IMG/VR virus record: IMGVR_UViG_3300032245_000303
Length of the DNA stretch: 64,000 nucleotides
Reading direction: 5' to 3' (one strand)
Source of the DNA: an uncultured virus (IMG/VR IMGVR_UViG_3300032245_000303)
Lineage: Duplodnaviria > Heunggongvirae > Uroviricota > Caudoviricetes
Made by a program: the position numbers and the translations under genes. Below, piece by piece: positions 30,375-41,465 of this stretch (position 1 is its first letter; every line of letters begins with the position of its first letter). Under the pieces are notes generated by a model. It was given only the letters and a program-made list of their open reading frames with translations, made no database searches and was not told the origin of the DNA.

Positions 30375-31877
30375 ATGAGTATTCAAAAAAATATTGATTA
30401 TCATGCACAATCATTAGCTGATACAGCGCTAAGTGCTAAAGACCCTAGTGTAATTCAAAGCATTTTAAGTAATTTAACTAAGTCTATTCAAGATGGCGCA
30501 GTTAAACCTTATGTAGGTATTCCGTTAGTTCAAAGTATTAATGACCATTTACAATCTGTAAGCCAACAAGCTAATATGATGGCAGCATTAAGTAAAGCAC
30601 CTCAAGTTGCACCTGAGCAATCACTTGGTGCACAAACATTAGCTAGTGCCGAACCTAGTCAAGGTATAGATGCAGCACAAAGTAATCTACCTACACAAAT
30701 GGCAGGTGGGGGTATTATTGCATTTGCTGATGGCGGTGATGTAGAACACTATGCCAAAGGTGATTATATTGCACCTACAGATTATGACCCTATAGAAGAA
30801 TATAGAAAAACACGTCAATTAGGTCAAGAAAATGTTTTAGCTAGAGCTTATGGTAAGCCAACGCAATCTGTAACTGCAGCAGGAATTAAAACGCCATATG
30901 ACCCAGCACTTGAATATTATAGAAGCCAAAGACAGTCAGTCCCAGTAACAGCGCCTGCTTATGGTGAATTTAATAAAGGGATTGATGCATTAGAAAATCG
31001 TAGAGCTGCATGGCTTGCAGGTAGTACTGACCCATATTCACAAACAAGCCCAGTAGGTTCTAAACTTAATATGTTAGGTACACAAGAGCCTGCTGTAGCT
31101 ACAACTGAAACCGCTAAAAAACCACCTATTACTATTCATGACGATAAAAAAGGTTCTGATACAACGCCACAAGTAGATGTTGCTGCAACTAAAACAGACT
31201 ACTTAGATGAACTTATGACAAATGCTAAAACTGACCGTGAAGGGTTAAAACAACTTATTCTTGGTGATGATACAGAAAGAGCTAAAGATAAAAAAATAGA
31301 CCTTTATACTCAAGCATTAAAAGCAGGATTTAAAATGATGGGTGGCACCTCTCCTTATGCTGCAGCTAATATTGGACCTGCGGGTGAAGAATTTGCTACA
31401 GGTATTACAGGAGTTCTATCTAAAGAAAGAGATGAGAAAAATAAACGTATTGGTCAACTTGTAGCCCTTGGTCTTAAAGGTTCTGAACTTGATATGGAGC
31501 TTGCTAAACTTGGTGTCACTCGTGACTACTATGATGCACATAAAAAATTATTTGAATCACAAGCTAAATATTATGACCGTCGTACATCTGGTTCTGGTTC
31601 AGCTGGTATGGGTAGTGTTCCAGGCAATGTGGTTCAATCTGAACTTGATAGATTAGAAGGTTATAAAACTAATCCTAAATCAGCGCCTTTCTTTACTAGC
31701 TTACCTCTTGATGTGCAAACAGCACTTGTTAAGACTGACCCTAATTCAGGTTCATATCAAAGAGCTATGGAAAAATTTAATGAAAAAGCAACGCAGTATG
31801 CAAGTAGTAGATTAGGTACAATGAGAGCTTATGGCGCTAAACAATACCCTACTGCAAGCTCAAACGAATTACCTTAA
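30375..31877 (+). CDS. Putative internal virion / ejection protein
   Basis: MAGGGIIAFADGG motif; helical; lies between the pilot-like and giant proteins. Confidence 0.55.
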   Translation: MSIQKNIDYHAQSLADTALSAKDPSVIQSILSNLTKSIQDGAVKPYVGIPLVQSINDHLQSVSQQANMMAALSKAPQVAPEQSLGAQTLASAEPSQGIDAAQSNLPTQMAGGGIIAFADGGDVEHYAKGDYIAPTDYDPIEEYRKTRQLGQENVLARAYGKPTQSVTAAGIKTPYDPALEYYRSQRQSVPVTAPAYGEFNKGIDALENRRAAWLAGSTDPYSQTSPVGSKLNMLGTQEPAVATTETAKKPPITIHDDKKGSDTTPQVDVAATKTDYLDELMTNAKTDREGLKQLILGDDTERAKDKKIDLYTQALKAGFKMMGGTSPYAAANIGPAGEEFATGITGVLSKERDEKNKRIGQLVALGLKGSELDMELAKLGVTRDYYDAHKKLFESQAKYYDRRTSGSGSAGMGSVPGNVVQSELDRLEGYKTNPKSAPFFTSLPLDVQTALVKTDPNSGSYQRAMEKFNEKATQYASSRLGTMRAYGAKQYPTASSNELP

Positions 31878-31886
31878 GGAGTAACA

Positions 31887-34800
31887 ATGCCTCGTGTGAC
31901 CATACCGGGTGTTGGAGATGTCCAATTTCCCAATAACTTATCTCGTGATGAAATCATGCGTCAAGCTGAAGAGATGCAGGCTAAAGCATCTCAACCTATA
32001 CTTGACCCAAAAGATTTACCTATGGGAGAACTTATTAAGGGTGGGTTTGCAAGAAGTACTGAAAGTCTTAAAGGTACTGCACTTGATTTAATACCAGCAT
32101 TAGCTGCTTCTACTTTCGGCAATGATGAATATGCCAAAGGTCAAATGGAAGAATATAAACAACGTATGGCAGACGTTGAACAACAATATCCTACTGCTTA
32201 TCAATCGTATAAAGATATTAATAGCGTCGGTCAAGCATTTGACTATGGCGCAGAAAACTTTGGTCAATTAGCACCTGATATGATTTCATTTGCACTTGGT
32301 GCAGGTGTTGGTTCTACAGCAGGTAAATATACAGCTAAAAAAGGTTTAGAAAGAGCGTTAGAAGAACATGCCGCTGAGTATGCTACAAAACAAGGATTAA
32401 CTAAAGAGGCAGAAGCTGCATATGTTTCTCGATTAAAAAACCGTGCTACTGAAGGAGCATTACAAAAACAAGCATTAGAACATGGTGCTGATATAGGTCT
32501 AAAGACAGGACTATGGGGTTCTTCTTTATCTATGAACGTACCTGATACGTTTAATCAAATCTATCAAGAGACAGGTTCACTAGAGCCGGGACTAGCGCTT
32601 ACTGTAGGTCCACTTGTTGCAGCACTTGATGTTATTACACCTGAAAGATTCCTCAGACAAATTAGTCCTGCAGGTAAACAACTTGTAGCTAATGAATTAC
32701 TACAAAAATCTGAATTAGTTCCTCTTGCATGGAAAAGAGAATTCGGCAAAGAAGTTCTTAAAAATGCTGGAGCAGAAGGTTTAACTGAAGGCGCACAACA
32801 AGCATTACAAAATTATGGGTCTCAATTAGCAGGTGCTAAAGACACAGTATTCTCACAACATAGTATTGATAGTATTCTTGATGCGTCATTAAGAGGTGCA
32901 TTAGGTGGTTCTTTATTTGGTGCACCTGGCGCTGCATTTGAAGCTAATCGTAGTAAACAAGCTAGACAAACTGCTATTGATACACAACAACGTCAACAAC
33001 AAATACAATCAAATCAACAATTATTATATCCTACACAACTTGCTGAACAACAAGGTGGTGCAGAACCCTCAGCTACAGTAGGAGAACCTCCTATACAAGG
33101 TGGACCACAAACTCAATTTGAGTTACCTATCCCTACAGCAACAGTTGGTGAAGCACCTATTCAAGCTGGTGAAAAATTTACTTTTGCTATAAATACTCCT
33201 GAGGGTATAAAAACTCCAGAACAAATACTTCTTGAAACTATACAAGAACATCAGCAACAACAAGATATACAAGTAAAAAATAAACAAGCTACCGTTGAGA
33301 ATATTCGTAAGGGAGATTTAAATTCAACACCAGTACAAAATGCAACTGTAGAAAATATAAAGGTAGCAGCTGCACCTGAAGTAACTACGCCGGAAACAAC
33401 ACATATACTAGATGCAGATAAATTAAAAGCATTAGGATTAAAAGAAAATGCTGGGATATTTAAACGACTTGTTGATAAAGATTTATCAAAATCAACAGAT
33501 ATAGTTGCAGCTAAGGAAGTTTTACAGGAAGCTCTTAAAAATAAAAACTTTACCCCAGAACTAAAAACTGCATTAAATAATATAATAAATGAAGGGGTTG
33601 AATATGGAAAAGGACTTAATACTATCGGAACAACAGATAGAACAAGGGATGAAGTTTCTAACGGACCCGCAGAATCTGGAGATACCGAAGGACTTGGAGA
33701 ATCTCAAGGAATATCAGTGGATAATACTGGAAGACCTGTTACTTCACCTACAACAAGAAAAAAATTACAACCAGGTGCATTAAAAGAAAAACGTGCAACA
33801 CTACAAGAACAAATAGATAACATAAAAAAAGATTCTATATGGGTTAATAATAACATAATAGGTATGTCAGAAGATTATGTCGAAGAAAGATATGGTCGAC
33901 CAATAAAATATTTTACAGACGTACTTAAATCTAATGAAGAAGAAATAGCTCATAGACAAGATGCTATTAATCGTGGTGAAGTTTATGACGATGCTTTAAT
34001 TGAACGTAGATTTGGTAAAAAACAAACACCTGAAGTACCTGTAGAAGTTAATGAAGCTGATAGAGTTGCAATTGAAAATCAAAAGAAAGGTAAACCATCT
34101 AAAGAAGCTACTGAAGGTACTAATATATGGCAGGATTATTGGACTATACCCGTAAAAAGTTTTGCTCCAGTGCTTACTTATGATGGCTTTTTTAAACAAG
34201 ATATTAGTAATGTAGATGACCAACTAACAGTTCGTTTTGATTTATTACAAAACCAAAAAGAAGACCCTTCACAACTTAAGAATCTTAGCCAATCTGAAAT
34301 AAAAGATTTTTATGAACAAAGAAATGCTGCAAAAATATACTTTGGTAAAATGAAACGAATTGTTGACAATCTAGTTAATATTGGATTTGACCTAGCATAT
34401 AAAACCCCTGTATTTAAACCTACTACTGAAACAACAGAAGAAGCACGATTTTTTGAAGGACTTAATGGTAAGAATGCTGCGCTTGCTACTGCTTGGGTAC
34501 GTAAAAATTTAAGTAAAGAAACTAATATTATACTTGACGATATATTTAGAATATATAGAAGAGCTTCATCAGAGCAGTCACAAAAGAATTTTATTAATAA
34601 TTTACAAGATGCCTTTAGTGGAAAAAAAGACCCTAGACCAAGAGATTCAACCATGCAAGGTTATTATGATGCACAAGCTGCAGATGTTAAACGTGCAGCG
34701 GAAGTAAAAGAAAAGCAAAGACCTTTCCATTATGAACAACATATGGGTCAAAGAATAAAAGTATATGACATTATTAAAGATGCTATATCTAACCTATCAC

Positions 34801-37800
34801 AAGTACTACATCCTCGTATTGTTCAAGCGTTACAACAAGGTGATTTAAAAACAGCACTTAGTTATTTAACTGCTAATGAAAATGCATTTATTGCGAAAAC
34901 TGCAAATCGTTTTTCTCAAATTGCGTCAAACACAAAAGTTAGAGTTGAGCCGAATCTAGTTAGTATCGAAGGTAAAAAGGTTCCAGGTTATTATGACCCA
35001 CGTAATAACACTATTTATTTAGATGCAGACCAAGGTATGAATACTCATGTGCTATTACATGAAGTAGGTCACTCTGTTATTTCTCATGAACTAGATAATC
35101 CTGATAGTCAATTAGCTAGACAATTAAAACAAATATTTGATGATGTTAAAGATACATTAGATACTGCATACGGTGCAGAAAATGTACAAGAGTTTGCAGC
35201 TGAAGCATTAGCAAATTCAGAATTTAGAGCAAAGTTACAAGGTATTAATCCTCAAGGTAAAGCAATCAGTGCATGGGATAAATTTAGCCGTGCAATTACT
35301 AATTTTTTACGCAGATTAGTTGGTATGCCTTCTAAACCGCTACAATCGGCCTTAGATGAAGTTGACCGTATTATTGATGCCCTCATATCACCAGCACCAA
35401 ATTATCGCAATAGTGGCGCATTACACGCGCCGGCAAACGCAAAGAGCCCTGAAATTTTTACAGGTATAAATAAATTTGTAAACGCTACACCACTTTTAGG
35501 TACTGAACAAAAAGTTGCAATAGCTTCTGGATTAGAAACTTCATCACAATTAACTAAGAGTATAGTTCTATCTATATTACCTACATACGCAGTGGGGGAA
35601 TTGTCAAAAGATATATTACCGGAAAGTATGAATTTTGATAAAGCTATTCTTGCACGGGATGAATTTAGAGCTACACTATATGAAGGATTAGAAGCAGTTA
35701 TAGATGAAGCTAAAGAAGCTATTAAAACAAGACCAGAACAACGTACAGCATTTAATAATGTAGTTAATCAAAGTACAATACATGAAGTAGACCCTACTAA
35801 AAATGAATCCGAGTATACAGATGCAGATAGTATTACTAAATATAAAGAAATAAAAGCTGAATATAATAAGTTATCTTCTCAATGGAAAAAATTATATACG
35901 TCTATGCGAGATGCATATAAACAAATATTTGAAGAATTAAAAGAGTCTATTCGTTCACGTATTGATGCTACTGATTTAGATAATCCGACTAAAGAAAGAC
36001 TTAAAAAAGATATTCTATCTGAGCTTTCTAAAAAAGGACTTATTGACCCTTATTTTGCATTAGGTCGTGAAGGAGATAAATGGTTAGCATTTAATTATAT
36101 TACTAAAGACGGTACACCTGACCGCGCACAAGAAGCGTTTAAGACTGATTACGAACGTAAACTTCGTATGGAACAACTACAAAAACTTGGTGTAACTGAA
36201 ATAGAACCTTATTCTCAAGTATCAGATATTAATTATAGACGTGCGCCATCAGGTTCTTTTGCTAACCAAGTACTAAGACTTTTAGAAGCTAACAGACCAC
36301 AAGAGAGTGAATCAGCTAAAAAATTTGATTCGGCTATTGATGAAATGATGCGACTATTTGTATCCACATTGCCGGAAACAGCTGCAGCTAAAGCATTCCT
36401 AAAACGTAAAAATACAACTGGATATATGGAAGATACCATTGGAGTATTTGAACGTAAGGGACGTAACATGATTCGTCAAATTTCTAATATGAAATATAAT
36501 CCACAAATTACTGCTGTTGTAGATAAAATGCAAGAACATGTTATTAAAGTAGGTAAAGGTGCAGTCCCTGAATTAAACGCAGATGGTACTCAAAAAATAG
36601 GGCTTGATGGAAACCCCGTATTTAAACCTGCACGAGATAACTCATTAGAATTATCTTACTTACAAGAGTATGAAAAACGTCTACCTTATACTCTTAATCC
36701 TAAAACAAATGATTTAGGAGCTACGCTATCTTCCGGTGCATTCATATATACATTAGGATGGAACATTTCTTCAGCTATTGTCAACGCTGCTAACATTCCT
36801 ATGATTGTAATTCCTACTTTAAAAGGGGAATACCCTAATGCTGATGTAGCTAAAGAAGTTTTTAATGTTACCAAAATTTATGCACAATCTGGTAGAACTA
36901 AAGATATAGAAGTTCTTGGAGGTGGTGGCCGTAAACGAAAAATGACTGTTGGATTATCACTAGATAATTATGACCCTAACTCAGAAATAGGTAGACATTA
37001 TGCTCCATTACTAAAAGCTATGCATGAGCAAGGACAAATAAGAAGGTCTCAGTTATATGAAATGCTACAAGGAGATACTCGTACTGGGCTTATTCAAAGA
37101 GTTGCTGCATCTGCTGGATGGTTTATGCATGAAGGTGAACGTATGAATCGCGAAGTTACTGCAGGTACTGTTTATAATTTAGAGCTAAAAAAACTTATGC
37201 CAGATGTTAAATCCGGCAAAATAACATTTGAAGAAGCAGGAGACCTAGCAGGTAATAAAGCAGTATATCTTACTCAACTTACTAATGGTGGTATATCTTC
37301 AGCTCAAACACCACGTATAGCACAAAGTGCTTTAGGTAAAATATTTTTTATGTATAAGAAATATGGTGCTTCTATGTATTTCTTATTACTTAATACTGCT
37401 AGAAAAGCATTTAATGAAAATTTATCTACTACTGAACGTAAAGCTGCATGGCAACAACTAGGTGGTATTATGGGTATGTCTGCTCTTATGGCAGGTGTAG
37501 GTGGTGTTCCAATGTTTGGTATGTTGTCGCTAATTTATTCAATGTTTAGTGACGATGACGACGATGACTTAGATACTGTTACACGTAAATATATGGGAGA
37601 CTTCTTATATAAAGGCCCTGCTGAATACATGACAAACTTGTCTCTTGCAAGTCGTATATCATTAAGTGATTTAATTATACGTGATACTAAAGGTGGTACC
37701 CATGCATCTACGTTTGCGGAACAAATGATGGAAGCTGTTGGTGGCCCTGTTTATGGAGTCTATGGAAGAATATCTCGTGGATATAGCAAGATGCAAGAAG

Positions 37801-38288
37801 GTAACTTTGAACGTGGATTAGAAGATATGATGCCTTCAGCTATAAGTAACTTATTAAAAGCTGGTCGATATGGTATGGATGGTACAAGTAGTTTACGTGG
37901 TGACCCAATTACAGGTGATGTAAATGCATGGAACATTGGTGCTCAAGCATTTGGTTTTGCTCCAGCCGATTATACTAAACAAATTGAAATTAATGCTCAT
38001 CTAAAAGGTATTGACAAAACGGTTAATCAAAAAGCAAGTAAGTTACGTAGTAAATGGAATATGGCTCGTACCGTTGGAGATGCAGACGCTATGGAAGAAG
38101 CAAAAGACGACCTTATTAAATTAGGTGAGAAGCACCCTGGGCTTGGTGTTAATGCTGGCACTATTACATCTGACTTAGAAAAATCTAAGAAACAATTTGA
38201 CCGTGCTACTAAAGAGATGGTTAATGGTGTACGTTATTCTAAAAAGATGTTAAAAGAACTTAAAGCAGACGCAGCTGAGTACCAATAA
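31887..38288 (+). CDS. Giant (2133 aa) internal virion protein with zincin-like HExxH domain
   Basis: GYYDP..NTIYL...HVLLHEVGH...EFAAEA; last gene of the late arm, as for large podovirus ejection proteins. Confidence 0.65.
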   Translation: MPRVTIPGVGDVQFPNNLSRDEIMRQAEEMQAKASQPILDPKDLPMGELIKGGFARSTESLKGTALDLIPALAASTFGNDEYAKGQMEEYKQRMADVEQQYPTAYQSYKDINSVGQAFDYGAENFGQLAPDMISFALGAGVGSTAGKYTAKKGLERALEEHAAEYATKQGLTKEAEAAYVSRLKNRATEGALQKQALEHGADIGLKTGLWGSSLSMNVPDTFNQIYQETGSLEPGLALTVGPLVAALDVITPERFLRQISPAGKQLVANELLQKSELVPLAWKREFGKEVLKNAGAEGLTEGAQQALQNYGSQLAGAKDTVFSQHSIDSILDASLRGALGGSLFGAPGAAFEANRSKQARQTAIDTQQRQQQIQSNQQLLYPTQLAEQQGGAEPSATVGEPPIQGGPQTQFELPIPTATVGEAPIQAGEKFTFAINTPEGIKTPEQILLETIQEHQQQQDIQVKNKQATVENIRKGDLNSTPVQNATVENIKVAAAPEVTTPETTHILDADKLKALGLKENAGIFKRLVDKDLSKSTDIVAAKEVLQEALKNKNFTPELKTALNNIINEGVEYGKGLNTIGTTDRTRDEVSNGPAESGDTEGLGESQGISVDNTGRPVTSPTTRKKLQPGALKEKRATLQEQIDNIKKDSIWVNNNIIGMSEDYVEERYGRPIKYFTDVLKSNEEEIAHRQDAINRGEVYDDALIERRFGKKQTPEVPVEVNEADRVAIENQKKGKPSKEATEGTNIWQDYWTIPVKSFAPVLTYDGFFKQDISNVDDQLTVRFDLLQNQKEDPSQLKNLSQSEIKDFYEQRNAAKIYFGKMKRIVDNLVNIGFDLAYKTPVFKPTTETTEEARFFEGLNGKNAALATAWVRKNLSKETNIILDDIFRIYRRASSEQSQKNFINNLQDAFSGKKDPRPRDSTMQGYYDAQAADVKRAAEVKEKQRPFHYEQHMGQRIKVYDIIKDAISNLSQVLHPRIVQALQQGDLKTALSYLTANENAFIAKTANRFSQIASNTKVRVEPNLVSIEGKKVPGYYDPRNNTIYLDADQGMNTHVLLHEVGHSVISHELDNPDSQLARQLKQIFDDVKDTLDTAYGAENVQEFAAEALANSEFRAKLQGINPQGKAISAWDKFSRAITNFLRRLVGMPSKPLQSALDEVDRIIDALISPAPNYRNSGALHAPANAKSPEIFTGINKFVNATPLLGTEQKVAIASGLETSSQLTKSIVLSILPTYAVGELSKDILPESMNFDKAILARDEFRATLYEGLEAVIDEAKEAIKTRPEQRTAFNNVVNQSTIHEVDPTKNESEYTDADSITKYKEIKAEYNKLSSQWKKLYTSMRDAYKQIFEELKESIRSRIDATDLDNPTKERLKKDILSELSKKGLIDPYFALGREGDKWLAFNYITKDGTPDRAQEAFKTDYERKLRMEQLQKLGVTEIEPYSQVSDINYRRAPSGSFANQVLRLLEANRPQESESAKKFDSAIDEMMRLFVSTLPETAAAKAFLKRKNTTGYMEDTIGVFERKGRNMIRQISNMKYNPQITAVVDKMQEHVIKVGKGAVPELNADGTQKIGLDGNPVFKPARDNSLELSYLQEYEKRLPYTLNPKTNDLGATLSSGAFIYTLGWNISSAIVNAANIPMIVIPTLKGEYPNADVAKEVFNVTKIYAQSGRTKDIEVLGGGGRKRKMTVGLSLDNYDPNSEIGRHYAPLLKAMHEQGQIRRSQLYEMLQGDTRTGLIQRVAASAGWFMHEGERMNREVTAGTVYNLELKKLMPDVKSGKITFEEAGDLAGNKAVYLTQLTNGGISSAQTPRIAQSALGKIFFMYKKYGASMYFLLLNTARKAFNENLSTTERKAAWQQLGGIMGMSALMAGVGGVPMFGMLSLIYSMFSDDDDDDLDTVTRKYMGDFLYKGPAEYMTNLSLASRISLSDLIIRDTKGGTHASTFAEQMMEAVGGPVYGVYGRISRGYSKMQEGNFERGLEDMMPSAISNLLKAGRYGMDGTSSLRGDPITGDVNAWNIGAQAFGFAPADYTKQIEINAHLKGIDKTVNQKASKLRSKWNMARTVGDADAMEEAKDDLIKLGEKHPGLGVNAGTITSDLEKSKKQFDRATKEMVNGVRYSKKMLKELKADAAEYQ

Positions 38289-38364
38289 AAAAGGGGCCTC
38301 TTTTTATAGAAACCCCTAGGAGATTGCAACGCATTGGAGAATGGAATGTTGCCCTCATAATATA

Positions 38365-38628
38365 TCACAAAATCCTCCAAAAGCGCATACCTAATTTACT
38401 ATTTTCTATTCTTTCTGCACTTTTTATATCAAAATTCATCTTAATTGCCACATTTTTGACCTGTTTTTCAAGTTCGGCAATGTTGATGGCAGGGATAAAT
38501 ACTGAAGAACCTATTTCAAACTTATCCCAATTGACATTTATAACTACTCCATCAGGGCACAATTGTCCCAGCCTCATCACCTTCGAGCGCGGCTTTGTGT
38601 TCTGCTGTGGCAACGATTTCTTCTTCAT
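38365..38628 (-). CDS. Hypothetical protein
   Basis: WDKFEIGSSVFIP...GMRFWR; last gene of the - arm; start uncertain. Confidence 0.5.
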   Translation of the reverse strand: MKKKSLPQQNTKPRSKVMRLGQLCPDGVVINVNWDKFEIGSSVFIPAINIAELEKQVKNVAIKMNFDIKSAERIENSKLGMRFWRIL

Positions 38629-41419
38629 TTAACCAATCCTTACAATTAATCCATAGTACATCAACAGAAGGTAGACTCATGCGAGTACCTTTACCCATGC
38701 GTTTCTTATCTACTATAGCTTTAGTTCGACCACGTTTTAAAGAATCAACTAATCCTTCATAGTTAATTTGATGCTTGACACACCAATCTTTTAAAGGTGC
38801 TTGATAAATATACATCATCTGTTCATCGTATTCATACCGCACCATAAAGGACATGCGAGGTGTAGCATCTGGGATAATCAAATGGTCTAAGTCAATCTTA
38901 TTACCACTACTACGTGCATCATCTGTACTCTTAATACGTAAAATATTATTATAGTTTTCAGCTAAGAACCTAGATAAAATTGATTCGGCATCAACATCCA
39001 TAGCTTCGGATTTTTCTTTTACATCTGCCGTTACTGCTACAATCCACTTGACAACTGCAGCAATGTCGAAATCAATTAATTTCGCACGTTTAGCAATCAT
39101 CAAACCCATAATACCATCTGCTACTATAACGGAATGAAATCGGTCTGATGGAGTAAACCCACACATTTTATCCAACTTCAATTGAGTTGTTTTGTAAAGA
39201 GATTTAATAGACTCTAAGTTATTCATTACAAATTGTAGGTATGGTATAGACGCATGACCATAGTTACCTATAATCTTTTCACTTAATACATCAGTAAATT
39301 CTTTTTCTAATCCTAATACTGGATGTGCACGTACTTCTAAAATACGCATAGATTCACCTTTAGGAAGAGCTTTTAATATACTAATCTTTTCCATAATAGA
39401 AGTATTACCTGTAGTCACGCAAGTTAAATTCCATGGTTCGCCACGAGTACGTTCTTGATTAGATGAGCCTGTCATACGATTTCTTTGACTACCTGAGGGT
39501 ACTTGGTATAAGAAGTTACTTAATTCAGTTGGAGATGAGTTAGTTACTTCATCAATAAATAAAGGTACATTGTGGTAGATTTCGGCACGATTCATTTTAG
39601 TTGCCATTGTATCTACTTCTTTAAGCACTAACTGCATAGGGTTACCCCATATACTAGCTCCTGCTAACATAGCCGTTGTTTTACCAATACCAGAATCTTT
39701 ACTAAATACATGAAGTACCGCACCATTCACAGGAGTAAACTTAGTAAAGATAGAGCCAAAACTTAACCCTATAATAAATTGATGTAATTCCATACCCGAT
39801 TTTTTATAGAAGTTCATACATTCATGCCAACCTGCTAAAGTACCTTTTGTATTAAAAGCATTCATGAGTTGTGTTGTTGCTGCTGATGGAGGATTATGGT
39901 CTACTCTATCTGCACGTATTTCTTTATTACCCAAGATAAATGATTCAAACTTATCATCAGCCCAACCAAACTGTCTGTGTGCCGTGTCTGTCTTATGTGT
40001 ATATTGCATTTTATTTATCCATGTTGTTATGTACTGCATAATTTCTTCTGTTTTAGTTACGGCAACTCCGTAAAATGCCATATGCTTTCTTATCTCATCT
40101 TTAGACGTTACCGCAGTTAAAGGTATTGTAAATTCTCGTACACCATCTTTAGGTAAATGTAGTCTTATAACTACTGCTTCACCTACATCGGTATCACTTA
40201 ATCGACGTGTTACATATAAATCATTGTGATAAACAAGTACTTCTATTTCATCTTCTTGTTTGATAACTCGTTTAAATACACCACCATTCTTGCCTCTAAA
40301 GTAAGGCTCTGGATATTTAGGTATTACATAAGTTTGTGTATGCCCTTGGTCTACATTCTCTGGTACATCTTCTACAATATTATCGGCTTCGTTTGCTTCT
40401 TGTACTTCACGGCCGAGAACAATCGGGGATTTGATAGAACCCTTGTGCGTGCATCCATCACAACCTTTAGGATTAAACTCTTCAAATTTTAAGCATGTAT
40501 AAGGACCACCTTTAATACCTCGTACCTTTTTATCGGCAAACTCTGGGCTATATCCGGGGTGTCCACTAGAAATTTTATGTATAGCTTTATCTGCATCAAT
40601 ACAAAATTTAGCTACAGATAGTCCTGCTCTCCACATCGGTTCCGACATAGTAGCTTGATGTTCAATAATATATTTTAGTTGTTGACAGCCATCACCTTTT
40701 ACTGTCTTTAACATAATAGTTTTAAACCTATTAATGTAATTACCTAAGATAGCTCTAGTTGCTTCATCCATTTCACCGCGTGGTATATACGCAGGTTTAG
40801 TAAGGATAGGTTCACCAATAATACCTTTAATTGTTTCATATACGTTGATGATGCCTGGGGGCCCTACGATTTCAACAGGTCTTGGAGTAAGTTCTTTATA
40901 GTTAAAAGTACCGGGTACTCTCAATATGCGAACAGAGTCCGCAGTCACTACAGGGTCTGCATGTAAATCAAAGTCATCACACATACTCTTTAGCTTCTCA
41001 GCTAAAGGTAACCACTTATCTTTGGTAATAGGTTTTTCTAAAGGCCAGTATACATGCACCCCACCACCAGAATTAACAAGTGTTGGTTTTGGCATCCCAC
41101 TTACCTTACAGAAATTCTTTAAAGCTTCAATCGCTTCTTGTTGCGTGTCATACGCTTTTCCCGTACCGCAATCTAAATCTAAAAACAATGACCTTAATTG
41201 TTTAACATTATTTGTTTTACGAGATTTACCATCTTCGAAAGTAGCTAGTGCATAGTATGCATCATAGCCGTCTTTCTTTATATTCTCAGCAACAACAAGA
41301 GCATCTTCTAATGTAGGAAAGAACTTCTGAATAGGTTTATCAGAATCTTTTTTTAATCCCACAATACAATAGAAACCCTCATCGCCAAGAACTTGACGTA
41401 AAAAGTCTAAGTTATTCAT
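38552..41419 (-). CDS. Primase-helicase (RepB-like primase plus DUF927-type P-loop domain)
   Basis: LFLDLDC, VNSGGGVHVYW and RILRVPGT primase motifs; C..F...C..C zinc motif; Walker A SGIGKTT; FIDE. Start set at MNNLDF. Confidence 0.8.
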   Translation of the reverse strand: MNNLDFLRQVLGDEGFYCIVGLKKDSDKPIQKFFPTLEDALVVAENIKKDGYDAYYALATFEDGKSRKTNNVKQLRSLFLDLDCGTGKAYDTQQEAIEALKNFCKVSGMPKPTLVNSGGGVHVYWPLEKPITKDKWLPLAEKLKSMCDDFDLHADPVVTADSVRILRVPGTFNYKELTPRPVEIVGPPGIINVYETIKGIIGEPILTKPAYIPRGEMDEATRAILGNYINRFKTIMLKTVKGDGCQQLKYIIEHQATMSEPMWRAGLSVAKFCIDADKAIHKISSGHPGYSPEFADKKVRGIKGGPYTCLKFEEFNPKGCDGCTHKGSIKSPIVLGREVQEANEADNIVEDVPENVDQGHTQTYVIPKYPEPYFRGKNGGVFKRVIKQEDEIEVLVYHNDLYVTRRLSDTDVGEAVVIRLHLPKDGVREFTIPLTAVTSKDEIRKHMAFYGVAVTKTEEIMQYITTWINKMQYTHKTDTAHRQFGWADDKFESFILGNKEIRADRVDHNPPSAATTQLMNAFNTKGTLAGWHECMNFYKKSGMELHQFIIGLSFGSIFTKFTPVNGAVLHVFSKDSGIGKTTAMLAGASIWGNPMQLVLKEVDTMATKMNRAEIYHNVPLFIDEVTNSSPTELSNFLYQVPSGSQRNRMTGSSNQERTRGEPWNLTCVTTGNTSIMEKISILKALPKGESMRILEVRAHPVLGLEKEFTDVLSEKIIGNYGHASIPYLQFVMNNLESIKSLYKTTQLKLDKMCGFTPSDRFHSVIVADGIMGLMIAKRAKLIDFDIAAVVKWIVAVTADVKEKSEAMDVDAESILSRFLAENYNNILRIKSTDDARSSGNKIDLDHLIIPDATPRMSFMVRYEYDEQMMYIYQAPLKDWCVKHQINYEGLVDSLKRGRTKAIVDKKRMGKGTRMSLPSVDVLWINCKDWLNEEEIVATAEHKAALEGDEAGTIVP

Positions 41420-41435
41420 AGCCACCCTAAGAAAG

Positions 41436-41457
41436 ATGGGGTGAGTTAACACCCCAT
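41436..41457 (-). terminator. Hairpin / weak terminator between the SSB-like gene and the primase
   Basis: ATGGGGTG-N6-CACCCCAT followed by CTTTCTT on the - strand. Confidence 0.5.
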
Positions 41458-41465
41458 ACTGTTAA

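Noticed and set aside
183..36874. Many short antisense and alternate-frame ORFs inside long genes
   Set aside because: They are shadows of the coding strand, with no RBS or recognisable motifs.
38287..38320. Bidirectional terminator at the convergence of the two arms
   Set aside because: One is expected here and A/T runs flank GGGGCCTC, but I could not draw a convincing stem-loop.
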